Source: an uncultured Spirochaetota bacterium (GTDB lineage: Bacteria; Spirochaetota; Spirochaetia; SZUA-6; Fen-1364). From it: DNA of 64,000 nucleotides. A program made the position numbers and the translations under genes. The stretch is from NCBI GenBank assembly GCA_963781885.1, contig CAWAHW010000002.1, forward strand, positions 800,001 to 864,000. Direction: 5' to 3'. Positions 51,947 through 64,000 of this stretch are shown here, piece by piece. Under the pieces are notes generated by a model, which was given only the letters and a program-made list of their open reading frames with translations, was not told the origin of the DNA and ran no database searches. Position 1 is the stretch's first letter; the number at the start of each line of letters is the position of its first letter.

Positions 51947-52489
51947 CTGCGCATCACGGGAGGTCTGTACCGCGGTCGCACGATACTCTGTCCGCCGGGC
52001 GTGATCCGGCCGTCGATGGACAGGATGCGCCAGTCGCTTTTTTCGATACTCGGCGACCTTGACGGAATCAGCTTTCTCGACCTTTTCAGCGGTTCTGGCA
52101 TACTCGGCGTGGAGGCCGCGTCGCGTAATGCCGCCCCGGTCCTTCTCGTGGAAAAGGACCCGCGCAAGAGGCAGACGATACTGAAAAACATCAGCTTCGT
52201 CGAATCCGCCGTCGAGCTCATCACGGCCCCGGTCGAGCGCTTCCTCCGCTCAAACCAGCGCTCCTGGGACGTGATCTTTCTCGACCCGCCATTCGACTAC
52301 GAGACAAAGGGAGCCGTCCTCGATGCCGCGTGTGAAGCGCCGCATCTCTCCCCCGGGGGCCTTGCGATCATGCACCTGCACTCGGCGGAGAAGCTCTCCG
52401 AGGAGCGCCGCGGCCTCACGCTCGTGGACCGCAGGGAGTACGGACAGTCGCTCCTCCTTTTCTTCCGGCGGACGGGGGAAACAGGCTGA
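51947..52489 (+). CDS. rsmD: 16S rRNA m2G966 methyltransferase (apparent CTG start)
   Basis: (L)RITGG.YRGR, RPSMDRMRQSLFSIL, LDLFSGSG and IFLDPPF; AAGGAGG 5 nt upstream of the CTG. Confidence 0.88.
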   Translation: MRITGGLYRGRTILCPPGVIRPSMDRMRQSLFSILGDLDGISFLDLFSGSGILGVEAASRNAAPVLLVEKDPRKRQTILKNISFVESAVELITAPVERFLRSNQRSWDVIFLDPPFDYETKGAVLDAACEAPHLSPGGLAIMHLHSAEKLSEERRGLTLVDRREYGQSLLLFFRRTGETG

Positions 52490-52498
52490 AGGTGCGGC

Positions 52499-52527
52499 TT
52501 GACGCTCCTCCGAAGCGCTGATAGGAT
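52499..52527 (+). promoter_or_regulatory. Sigma70 promoter upstream of tRNA-Thr
   Basis: TTGACG-17 nt-TAGGAT with a TGn extension. Confidence 0.65.
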
Positions 52528-52657
52528 GCGCCGAATCGCCCACAGGTGCGCAAGCCGTTCCCCATGGCTCCCGCTGCCTGCCCTAGCACGGTAGACCGTG
52601 CGGAAGGCAGCCAGTTGCCGCCATGGGGCCCCGCTCGCACGACATGCGGTCGTGCTC

Positions 52658-52730
52658 GCCCTTGTAGCTCAGCTGGTAGAGCACGTCCTTGGTAAGGACG
52701 GGGTCACCGGTTCAAATCCGGTCGAGGGCT
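52658..52730 (+). tRNA. tRNA-Thr (GGT)
   Basis: Cloverleaf GCCCTTG...CGAGGGCT, D-arm AGCTCAGCTGGTAGAGC, anticodon arm GTCCT-TGGTA-AGGAC and T-loop GGTTCAAATCC; CCA not encoded. Confidence 0.96.
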
Positions 52731-52793
52731 TTTGTCGAACGGTTTCGGGGGGACTCGCCCCGGGCCCGTTATAGTGTAGGCGCGTCAACGCAC

Positions 52794-52823
52794 TTGACAT
52801 GAGGGCGGCGAAATGTGTAAATT
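52794..52823 (+). promoter_or_regulatory. Putative promoter of rpmG-tRNA-Trp-secE-nusG
   Basis: TTGACA-18 nt-TAAATT. Confidence 0.5.
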
Positions 52824-52853
52824 TGCCGTTCAACTACCAGCAGGGAGACCCAG

Positions 52854-53030
52854 ATGGCCAAAGGCAAAGCGAAAAACCTTGAACTTGTAGCTCTGCAGTG
52901 CACGGAATGCGACCGGCGCAACTACACGACGACGAAGAATCGCAAGAATACCCAGGGCAAGCTGGAGTTTTCAAAGTACTGCAAGTGGGACAGGAAGCAC
53001 ACCCTGCACAAGGAAGCGAAGGTAAAGTAG
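52854..53030 (+). CDS. rpmG: 50S ribosomal protein L33
   Basis: Manual translation [58 protein letters not shown]; too short for the ORF track. Confidence 0.95.
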   Translation: MAKGKAKNLELVALQCTECDRRNYTTTKNRKNTQGKLEFSKYCKWDRKHTLHKEAKVK

Positions 53031-53037
53031 GACGCAT

Positions 53038-53110
53038 AGGCCAGTAGCTCTAATGGTAGAGCGCCGGTCTCCAAAACCGGATGTTGCGGGTTCGAGTCCT
53101 GCCTGGCCTG
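53038..53110 (+). tRNA. tRNA-Trp (CCA)
   Basis: Cloverleaf AGGCCAG...CTGGCCTG with anticodon arm CCGGT-CTCCAAA-ACCGG, in the canonical position before secE. Confidence 0.96.
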
Positions 53111-53144
53111 AACCGGGGAAGGGAAGAGCCGAGGGACGGAGGAC

Positions 53145-53324
53145 ATGAGAAGAATCATCACGTTTTTCCAGGAAAGCTTCGCGGAGCTGAAGAAGGTCAC
53201 CTGGCCCAGCAGGGAGGAGGCCGTCTCGTCGACGAAGGTCGTTCTCGTGTCGACCATCATCATCGCGGTCATGCTCGGCGTCGTCGATCTTCTGCTCTTC
53301 AAGATCGTGGACTGGATCTTCTAG
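53145..53324 (+). CDS. secE: Preprotein translocase subunit SecE
   Basis: MRRIITFFQESFAELKKVTWPSREE plus one transmembrane helix; GGAGG ribosome-binding site. Confidence 0.95.
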   Translation: MRRIITFFQESFAELKKVTWPSREEAVSSTKVVLVSTIIIAVMLGVVDLLLFKIVDWIF

Positions 53325-53336
53325 GCGCGAGGCTGC

Positions 53337-53891
53337 ATGGCAAAAGCCTGGTACGTCCTGCATACCTACTCGGGGTATGAGAATAAAGTACAGAAGCACG
53401 TGCGGATGCTCGTCGACAAGGGCACGCTGAAGGAGCATGTCTTCGACGTGAAGGTGCCCGCGGAAGAGGTCGTGGAGGTGAAGGACGGGCACAAGAGGGT
53501 GTCCTCCAAGAAGTTCCTTCCCGGCTACATCATGATGGAAATGGACCTGCCCGATCTCGGGTGGAAAGAGGTATGCCAGGAGATACGGAAGATTCCGGGC
53601 GTCACCGGTTTCGTGGGGTCCAATCGGAATCAGAAGCCGCAGCCCATCTCGCAGGACGAGGCGCGCGGCATCCTCCAGAAGGCGGGGGAGATCAAGGCGG
53701 ACCGTCTCCTCAAGCCGCGGCAGAGCTTTTCGGTGGGCGAGATGGTGCGCATCATCGACGGCCCCTTCGATTCCTTCACGGGCAGCATCGAAGAGGTGAA
53801 CACGGAGAAGGGAAAGCTCCGCGTCATGGTCGGCATCTTCGGCAGGTCGACACCCGTGGAGGTGGACTTCCTGCAGGTGGAAAAGATTTAG
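53337..53891 (+). CDS. nusG: Transcription termination/antitermination factor NusG
   Basis: WYVLHTYSGYENKV, FLPGYI, KOW VRIIDGPF and IFGRSTPVE. Confidence 0.97.
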   Translation: MAKAWYVLHTYSGYENKVQKHVRMLVDKGTLKEHVFDVKVPAEEVVEVKDGHKRVSSKKFLPGYIMMEMDLPDLGWKEVCQEIRKIPGVTGFVGSNRNQKPQPISQDEARGILQKAGEIKADRLLKPRQSFSVGEMVRIIDGPFDSFTGSIEEVNTEKGKLRVMVGIFGRSTPVEVDFLQVEKI

Positions 53892-53979
53892 GAGGGCGCT
53901 CGGTCGAGCGCTATGCGGGCCGCGCCTGGCGCGGCCTTGAGATACTGAAACCCTCTTGGGGCGCCGCTCAGGGCCCGAT

Positions 53980-54054
53980 TGGGAGCTCTTCAGCGCGGTT
54001 GAAACACCGCGGGATACCGCGGAAGGCCGCGGCCTGAAGGGCGATTGCACCACG
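53980..54054 (+). promoter_or_regulatory. Putative L1-binding autoregulatory leader of rplK-rplA
   Basis: GGGAG-CTCTTCAG...CTGAAGGGC-GAT..ACCAC stem immediately upstream of the rplK ribosome-binding site, with two inserted hairpins. Confidence 0.4.
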
Positions 54055-54068
54055 GAGGTAGAGGCGAG

Positions 54069-54499
54069 ATGGCGAAAAAGACAGTCAAGGCAATCGTCAA
54101 GCTGCAGGTACCTGCCGGCAAGGCCACGCCGGCCCCCCGGTCGGACCGGCACTGGGACCGCACGGCGTGCAGGCCGCGCAGTTCTGCCAGCAGTTCAATG
54201 AAAGGACCCGCAAGCAGGAAGAAGGCGTTCTGATTCCGGTGGTCATCACGATCTACACGGACAAGAGCTTCACCTTCATCACGAAGACCCCGCCGGCGGC
54301 CGTTCTCATCAAGAAGGCGCTGGGGCTGGAGAAGGGCAGCGGCGAGCCGAACAAGACGAAGGTCGGCGCGCTCACGCGCGACAAGCTGCGCGCCATCGCG
54401 GAGCAGAAGATGCCCGACCTCACCGCGAAGGACATCGACGCGGCGATGAAGATCATCGCCGGCACCGCCCGCAGCATGGGCGTGACGGTGGAGGGCTGA
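54069..54499 (+). CDS. rplK: 50S ribosomal protein L11 (one C missing in the run at 54133-54138)
   Basis: [13 protein letters not shown] joins [11 protein letters not shown]...FCQQFNERT...KTPPAA...IAGTARSMG when one C is added. Confidence 0.93.
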
Positions 54500-54502
54500 C
54501 CC

Positions 54503-55192
54503 ATGACGCACGGAAAGAAGTACCGCGCATCGGTTGAGAAGTTCGACCGCGCGGAGACCTACACGCTGGACAAGGCCGTGGATCTCGTGAAGGAGCTCGC
54601 CTTCGCGAAGTTCGATGAGACCGTGGAAGTCTCCATGAAGCTCAACATCAAGAGCAAGCATACCATCCGCGACGTCATGGCCCTCCCGCACCTCTTCGGC
54701 AAGGAGAAGCAGATCCTCGTCTTCGCCAAGGGCGACAAGGCGGAGGAGGCGAAAAAGGCGGGCGCCGCCTACGTGGGCGACGCGGACCTGATTGAGAAGA
54801 TCAAGGGCGGCTGGTTGGACTTCGACATCGCGGTGGCCACCCCGGACATGATGAAGGACGTCGGCAAGCTCGGCCAGATCCTCGGCCGCCGCGGCCTCAT
54901 GCCCAACCCCAAGACCCAGACGGTCACCTTCAACATCAAGGAAGCGCTCGACGAGCTGAAAAAGGGGCGCGTGGAATATCGGGCGGACAAGGGCGGCGTC
55001 GTGCACCTTGCGGTGGCGAAGCTTTCCATGGGCAAGGAACAGATCGCGGCGAACGCGGCCGCGTTCATCCAGGAAGTGGTCCGCAAGCGGCCCAGCGACC
55101 TGAAGGGGGACTACGTGCAGTCCATCGTCCTTTCGTCCACCATGGGGCCGGGCATCCGCCTGTCCCCGAAGGACAAGACCTTCGTCGCATAA
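54503..55192 (+). CDS. rplA: 50S ribosomal protein L1
   Basis: KFDETVE, LGRRGLMPNPK and SSTMGPG. Confidence 0.97.
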   Translation: MTHGKKYRASVEKFDRAETYTLDKAVDLVKELAFAKFDETVEVSMKLNIKSKHTIRDVMALPHLFGKEKQILVFAKGDKAEEAKKAGAAYVGDADLIEKIKGGWLDFDIAVATPDMMKDVGKLGQILGRRGLMPNPKTQTVTFNIKEALDELKKGRVEYRADKGGVVHLAVAKLSMGKEQIAANAAAFIQEVVRKRPSDLKGDYVQSIVLSSTMGPGIRLSPKDKTFVA

Positions 55193-55205
55193 GGAGCTGA
55201 ATGAC

Positions 55206-55754
55206 ATGGCACAGACGACAAAGAAGATCCAGCAGTACAAGGCGGATGCCGTGACGAAGCTCCGGGAGTACTTCGGCGCGACGCCGGACCTGATATTCTC
55301 GGATTTCCGCGGTCTCACCTTCCCGCAGATGATCGATCTGCGCAACAAGCTCACGGAGAAGGGCACGTCCTACCGGGTCGTGCGCAACTCCTTCGCGCGC
55401 ATCGCCATGAAGGAGGTCGGGCTTCCCGACGCCTCCGCGATGCTGGAAGGGCCCACGGCGCTTGCGTTCCTCGGCAAGGACCCCAGCCCCGCGGCGAAGG
55501 TGATGATGGATTTCACGAAGGCGGCGCCCCTGAAGATCAAGGGCGGCGTGATCAGCGGCAAGATGTTCACCGCCCAGGAGGTGGAGGCGCTCTCCAGGCT
55601 CCCCGGACGGCTGGACCTCCTGGCCATGCTCATGGGCACGATGAACGCGCCCCTTCGGAACATGATGTACGCGATGAACGGCGTCGCATCCAAGCTGGTG
55701 CGCACCCTCGCGGCGGTCGCCGACAAGATGGGCGGCGAAGGAAAGACGGCATAA
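55206..55754 (+). CDS. rplJ: 50S ribosomal protein L10
   Basis: DFRGLT, RVVRNS, GPTALAF and LSRLP; synteny with rplA and rplL. Confidence 0.94.
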   Translation: MAQTTKKIQQYKADAVTKLREYFGATPDLIFSDFRGLTFPQMIDLRNKLTEKGTSYRVVRNSFARIAMKEVGLPDASAMLEGPTALAFLGKDPSPAAKVMMDFTKAAPLKIKGGVISGKMFTAQEVEALSRLPGRLDLLAMLMGTMNAPLRNMMYAMNGVASKLVRTLAAVADKMGGEGKTA

Positions 55755-55817
55755 TAACGGCACCAGTCTTCACGACACGCCAGCTGGTACCGTAAAAAAA
55801 CAGGAAGGAGAAGATAA

Positions 55818-56201
55818 ATGGCAGCACTTTCGAAAGATCAGATTCTCGACGCGATCGCCTCGATGACGGTTCTCGAGGTCTCCGAGCTCGTCAAGGCGAT
55901 GGAGGAGAAGTTCGGCGTCACCGCGGCTGCGCCCGTGGCAATGGCGGCGGGACCCGCGGCAGCGGCAGGACCCGCGGCGGAGGAAAAGACGGAGTTCACC
56001 GTGGTCCTCAAGAGCTTCGACGAGACGAAGAAGATCCCGGTGATCAAGGAAGTCCGCGGCATCACGGGTCTCGGCCTCAAGGAGGCGAAGGACCTGGTGG
56101 AGGCGGGCGGCAAGACCCTCAAGGAGAACATCTCCAAGGAGGAAGCCGCGAAGATCAAGCAGCAGCTCGAGGCGGCCGGCGCGGTTGTCGAGATCCAGTA
56201 A
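55818..56201 (+). CDS. rplL: 50S ribosomal protein L7/L12
   Basis: [16 protein letters not shown] and [24 protein letters not shown]. Confidence 0.97.
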   Translation: MAALSKDQILDAIASMTVLEVSELVKAMEEKFGVTAAAPVAMAAGPAAAAGPAAEEKTEFTVVLKSFDETKKIPVIKEVRGITGLGLKEAKDLVEAGGKTLKENISKEEAAKIKQQLEAAGAVVEIQ

Positions 56202-56283
56202 CGCCCGCACGGGCCACGGGACGGCCGACCCGGTGCGCACCGCGTCGGCGCGATCCCGTCCAATTCAATTGTCTCGTGAGAAC

Positions 56284-56316
56284 GCCACCGGGGGGAGCCC
56301 CGGTGGTCTGTTCTTT
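56284..56316 (+). terminator. Possible intrinsic terminator/attenuator between rplL and rpoB
   Basis: GCCACCGGGG-GGAG-CCCCGGTGGT hairpin followed by CTGTTCTTT. Confidence 0.45.
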
Positions 56317-56385
56317 GCATATGGGTACGCGTTCTCCCCGCAGGCGCTTTCGGCGTCCGCGAGGGCACGGAGTGAGGGGGACTGA

Positions 56386-59300
56386 ATGATTCTGGACAAG
56401 AACCGCAAGATCAAGCGCATCCTTTTCGGCAGGGGCTACGAGGATGTCATGGAGATCCCCAATCTGGTCGACATCCAGCTTTCGTCGTACGAGCGGTTCC
56501 TCCAGAGAAAAACGATGCAGAAGGGCGAGCCCCCTCTGAAGCAGGGGCTGGAGGAGGTCTTCCAGTCCACGTTCCCCATCGAGAGCCCCAACGGGGACAT
56601 GCTGCTGGAATACTGCGGCTACACGCTGGACGAGCCGAATATCAAGTTCGGCGAGCAGGAGTGCAAGCAGAAGGGACTGACGTACGCCATCCCCTTGAAG
56701 GCGAAGATCAATCTCATCTTCCTCAACACCGGCGAGATCCGTCAGAAGGAAATCTACATGGGGGACATCCCCATCATGACGGACAAGGGCACCTTCGTGG
56801 TCAACGGCGCGGAGCGCGTGGTCGTGAGCCAGATCCACCGTTCGCCCGGCGTCATCTTCTCCCATGAGAAGGGCATCTACTCCTCGCGCATCATTCCCTA
56901 CCGCGGCTCCTGGCTGGAGTTCGAGATCGACCAGAAGAAGGAGCTCATCTACGCGAAGATCGACCGCAAGAAGAGGATCCTCGCCACCATCTTCCTCCGC
57001 GCGCTGGGCTATGAGACGCGCGAATCCATCATCGAGCTTTTCTACAAGGTGGAGAAGGTGAAGATCAGCGACACCCGCGAGGACAAGGAGCGGCTGGTCG
57101 GGCGCAACTTCGCGCGGGGCGTCACCGTGAAGGACGGGGAGGTGCAGAAGAAGCTCTACCGCGCGGGGGACAAGATCCACCCGCACGACATGGAAGAGCT
57201 CGTCCACGCGGGCGTGAAAGAGATCTTCGTCATCGACTTCGAGCACGAAAGCTCCCTGCATTCGCCGATCATCCTCAACTGCTTCGAGCGCGAAGAGATG
57301 AAGTTCACGAAGGAGGCGCCCGAGCAGGACGAGATCTCCAAGGACGATGCCATCCTGCGCGTCTATTCGGTCATCAAGCCGGGAGAACCGATCACCATCG
57401 AAAACGCGGAGAAGGACCTGCACTCGATGTTCTTCTCCAGCCGCCGCTACGACCTGGGCCGGGTGGGCCGCTACAAGCTCAACAAGAAGTTCGACTACAA
57501 GGAGCAGGTGAAGACCCACACGCTGATCAAGGAAGACATCATCAACACGATGACCTGGCTCATCCGGGTCTACATCGGCGAGATGAACGTTGACGACATC
57601 GACCACCTGGGCAACAGGCGCGTGCGGTCCGTCGGGGAGCTCCTCACCAACCAGTTGAAGGTCGCCTTCACCCGCATGGAGAGAATCGCCAAGGAGCGCA
57701 TGTCCCTGAAGGAAGCGGACACGATCAAGCCGCAGGACCTGATCTCCATCAAGCCGATCGTCGCCACGATCAAGGAGTTCTTCGGCTCCAGCCAGCTTTC
57801 CCAGTTCATGGACCAGGTCAACCCCCTGGCCGAGCTCACGCACAAGCGCAGGCTGAACGCGCTGGGACCCGGCGGTCTCTCGCGCGACCGCGCCGGCTTC
57901 GAGGTGCGCGACGTGCACTACACCCACTATGGGCGCATGTGCCCGATCGAGACCCCCGAAGGTCCGAACATCGGCCTGATCGTGTCGCTTGCGAACTACA
58001 CGCGCGTGAACGAGTACGGCTTCCTGGAGACGCCGTACCGCAAGGTGAAGAACGGCAAGGTGAGCACCGACATCGAATACCTCTCCGCCATGGACGAGGA
58101 GCGCTTCTACATCGCCCAGGCCAACGCGCCCCTGTCCCCGAAGGGGGAGTTCCAGGAGAAACAGGTCTCCGTGCGCAAGGGCGGGGATTACATCACCCGG
58201 CCGCCGGAGGACATCCAGTACATGGACGTCTCCCCGAAGCAGATCATCTCGGTGTCCGCGTCGCTCATCCCCTTCCTGGAGCACGACGATGCCAACCGCG
58301 CCCTCATGGGATCCAACATGCAGCGCCAGGCGGTGCCCCTCATCGCCCCCGAGCCGCCGCGCGTCGGGACGGGCATGGAGGGGAGGACGGCCTACGATTC
58401 GGGCGTCGTGGTGATCGCGAAACGGGGCGGCACGATCTCCTATGTCACGTCGGTGGAGATCCGCATCAAGCCCGACGAGGCGAAGCGGGAGGAGGACGTC
58501 TATACGCTCCTGAAGTACCAGCGCACGAACCAGGACACCTGCTACACCCAGAAGCCCATCGTTCTCCCCGGGCAGCACGTCGACGACGGGGAAGTGATTG
58601 CTGACGGGCCGGCGACATTCCGCGGCGAGCTCGCGCTGGGCAGGAACCTCCTGTGCGCCTTCATGCCGTGGAACGGCTACAACTACGAGGACGCCATCCT
58701 CATCTCGGAGAAGGTCGTCCAGGACGACGCGTTCAGCTCCATCCACATCAAGGAGTTCTCCATAGAGGTCCGGGAGACGAAGCTCGGACCGGAAAAGATC
58801 ACCCGCGACATCCCCAACACCAACGAGCATGCCTTCGAGCAGCTCGACGAGGAGGGGATCATCCGGGTCGGCGCGAGCGTGAAGGCGGGGTCCATCCTCG
58901 TCGGCAAGGTCACGCCCAAGAGCGAGACCGACTCCACGCCCGAGTTCAAGCTCCTGAACTCCATCTTCGGTGAGAAGGCGAAAGAGGTGCGGGACACGTC
59001 GCTCCGCGTTCCCCACGGCGTGGAAGGCACCATCATCGACGTGCAGCGCCTGAAGAGGACGAATGGCGACGAGCTGGATCCCGGCGTGGAAGAGGTCGTG
59101 AAGGTGCTCATCGCGGCCAAGCGCAAACTGCAGGAGGGCGACAAGCTCGCCGGGCGGCACGGCAACAAGGGCGTCGTCGCGCGCGTGCTCCCGCTGGAAG
59201 AGATGCCGTACATGGAAGACGGCACGCCGATCGACATCATCCTCAATCCCCTCGGCGTCCCTTCGCGTATGAATCTCGGGCAGATCATGGAGACCGAGCT

Positions 59301-59883
59301 GGGATGGGCCGCCACGATGCTCGACGAATGGTATGCGACCCCGGTCTTCCAGTCCGCTTCGAATGAAATGATCGAGTCGAAGCTGAAAGAAGCCAACCTG
59401 CCCACGTCGTCCAAGGTGCCGCTCTTCGACGGGCACACGGGCGAGCCGTTTGAGAACCAGATCACCTGTGGCACGATCTACATCCTGAAGCTCCACCACC
59501 TCGTGGACGACAAGATGCACGCGCGCTCCACGGGGCCCTATTCCCTGGTGACGCAGCAGCCCCTGGGCGGGAAGGCCCAGTTCGGCGGGCAGCGGCTCGG
59601 GGAGATGGAGGTCTGGGCGCTGGAGGCCTACGGGGCGTCCAACGTGCTCCAGGAGCTCCTCACGATCAAGAGCGACGATATGATCGGCCGCGCGAAGATC
59701 TACGAAAGCATCGTCAAGGGTGAGGTGTCCACGGCGCCGGACATCCCCGAATCGTTCAACGTGCTCGTGCAGGAGATGCGGGGGCTGGCGCTCGACGTGA
59801 GCATCTTCGACGTGAAGAACAAGCAGATCGCGCTCACCGAGCGCGACGAGGAATTGATCGACAGGCAGATGTCTCGCTTCTAG
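56386..59883 (+). CDS. rpoB: RNA polymerase beta subunit
   Basis: [35 protein letters not shown] and [18 protein letters not shown]. Confidence 0.98.
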   Translation: MILDKNRKIKRILFGRGYEDVMEIPNLVDIQLSSYERFLQRKTMQKGEPPLKQGLEEVFQSTFPIESPNGDMLLEYCGYTLDEPNIKFGEQECKQKGLTYAIPLKAKINLIFLNTGEIRQKEIYMGDIPIMTDKGTFVVNGAERVVVSQIHRSPGVIFSHEKGIYSSRIIPYRGSWLEFEIDQKKELIYAKIDRKKRILATIFLRALGYETRESIIELFYKVEKVKISDTREDKERLVGRNFARGVTVKDGEVQKKLYRAGDKIHPHDMEELVHAGVKEIFVIDFEHESSLHSPIILNCFEREEMKFTKEAPEQDEISKDDAILRVYSVIKPGEPITIENAEKDLHSMFFSSRRYDLGRVGRYKLNKKFDYKEQVKTHTLIKEDIINTMTWLIRVYIGEMNVDDIDHLGNRRVRSVGELLTNQLKVAFTRMERIAKERMSLKEADTIKPQDLISIKPIVATIKEFFGSSQLSQFMDQVNPLAELTHKRRLNALGPGGLSRDRAGFEVRDVHYTHYGRMCPIETPEGPNIGLIVSLANYTRVNEYGFLETPYRKVKNGKVSTDIEYLSAMDEERFYIAQANAPLSPKGEFQEKQVSVRKGGDYITRPPEDIQYMDVSPKQIISVSASLIPFLEHDDANRALMGSNMQRQAVPLIAPEPPRVGTGMEGRTAYDSGVVVIAKRGGTISYVTSVEIRIKPDEAKREEDVYTLLKYQRTNQDTCYTQKPIVLPGQHVDDGEVIADGPATFRGELALGRNLLCAFMPWNGYNYEDAILISEKVVQDDAFSSIHIKEFSIEVRETKLGPEKITRDIPNTNEHAFEQLDEEGIIRVGASVKAGSILVGKVTPKSETDSTPEFKLLNSIFGEKAKEVRDTSLRVPHGVEGTIIDVQRLKRTNGDELDPGVEEVVKVLIAAKRKLQEGDKLAGRHGNKGVVARVLPLEEMPYMEDGTPIDIILNPLGVPSRMNLGQIMETELGWAATMLDEWYATPVFQSASNEMIESKLKEANLPTSSKVPLFDGHTGEPFENQITCGTIYILKLHHLVDDKMHARSTGPYSLVTQQPLGGKAQFGGQRLGEMEVWALEAYGASNVLQELLTIKSDDMIGRAKIYESIVKGEVSTAPDIPESFNVLVQEMRGLALDVSIFDVKNKQIALTERDEELIDRQMSRF

Positions 59884-59983
59884 CGCGCCGTCGAAGACGG
59901 CGCCAGAAGCGAAAGCGCGCTAGCGGGAGCGCGTCGCGAAGCGGCGCGCGGCAGCTGCGCGCTGGCGAAAGAAGGGGCAGGAA

Positions 59984-64000
<4,017 letters not shown>

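Noticed and set aside
52559-52628. Rod hairpin as SRP RNA or 6S RNA
   Set aside because: It lacks the SRP domain IV CAGG..GGAA..AGCAG motif and is too short for 6S, with no central bubble.
52730-52854. Absence of tuf between tRNA-Thr and rpmG
   Set aside because: No remnant visible; tuf is often located elsewhere, so this is not evidence of loss.
54121-54145. Programmed frameshifting in rplK (and tdh)
   Set aside because: No slippery heptamer or stimulatory structure; homopolymer indels scattered over unrelated genes fit sequencing error better.
59884-59983. GC hairpins between rpoB and rpoC
   Set aside because: Short palindromes expected at this GC content, with no U-tract or recurring motif.

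Overview
High-GC bacterial chromosome window, most likely from a Spirochaetota member (inferred from the P83/100-family gene and the LoaP-type NusG paralog). It contains a partial bshC, a P83/100 protein, an acyl-CoA ligase, tdh-kbl, an uncharacterised Fe-S/SDR/aminotransferase/PfkB-HAD cluster, nifJ, a GH29 fucosidase and an FGGY kinase. These are followed by an FMN-riboswitch-controlled ABC importer, bioY, an MFS transporter, a BMP-type nucleoside ABC operon, ligA, a SPOR protein and a short Wzz-LoaP-dehydratase-DegT operon. The window ends with dnaE-hom-PHP-YggT-recG-rsmD and the tRNA-Thr/rpmG/tRNA-Trp/secE/nusG/rplKAJL/rpoB/rpoC block. The standout is a complete 1484-bp IS110-family (IS1111-type) element at 13990-15473. 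Its downstream non-coding region folds into a two-loop bridge/seek-type RNA whose loop sequences match both its own circle junction and its reconstructed target. That target is the terminal inverted repeat of a 119-bp MITE-like element flanked by a 9-bp direct repeat. Several genes appear to be transcribed leaderless. Seven single-base frameshifts, including one in rplK, point to sequencing indels. All calls are by eye from motifs; no searches were run.
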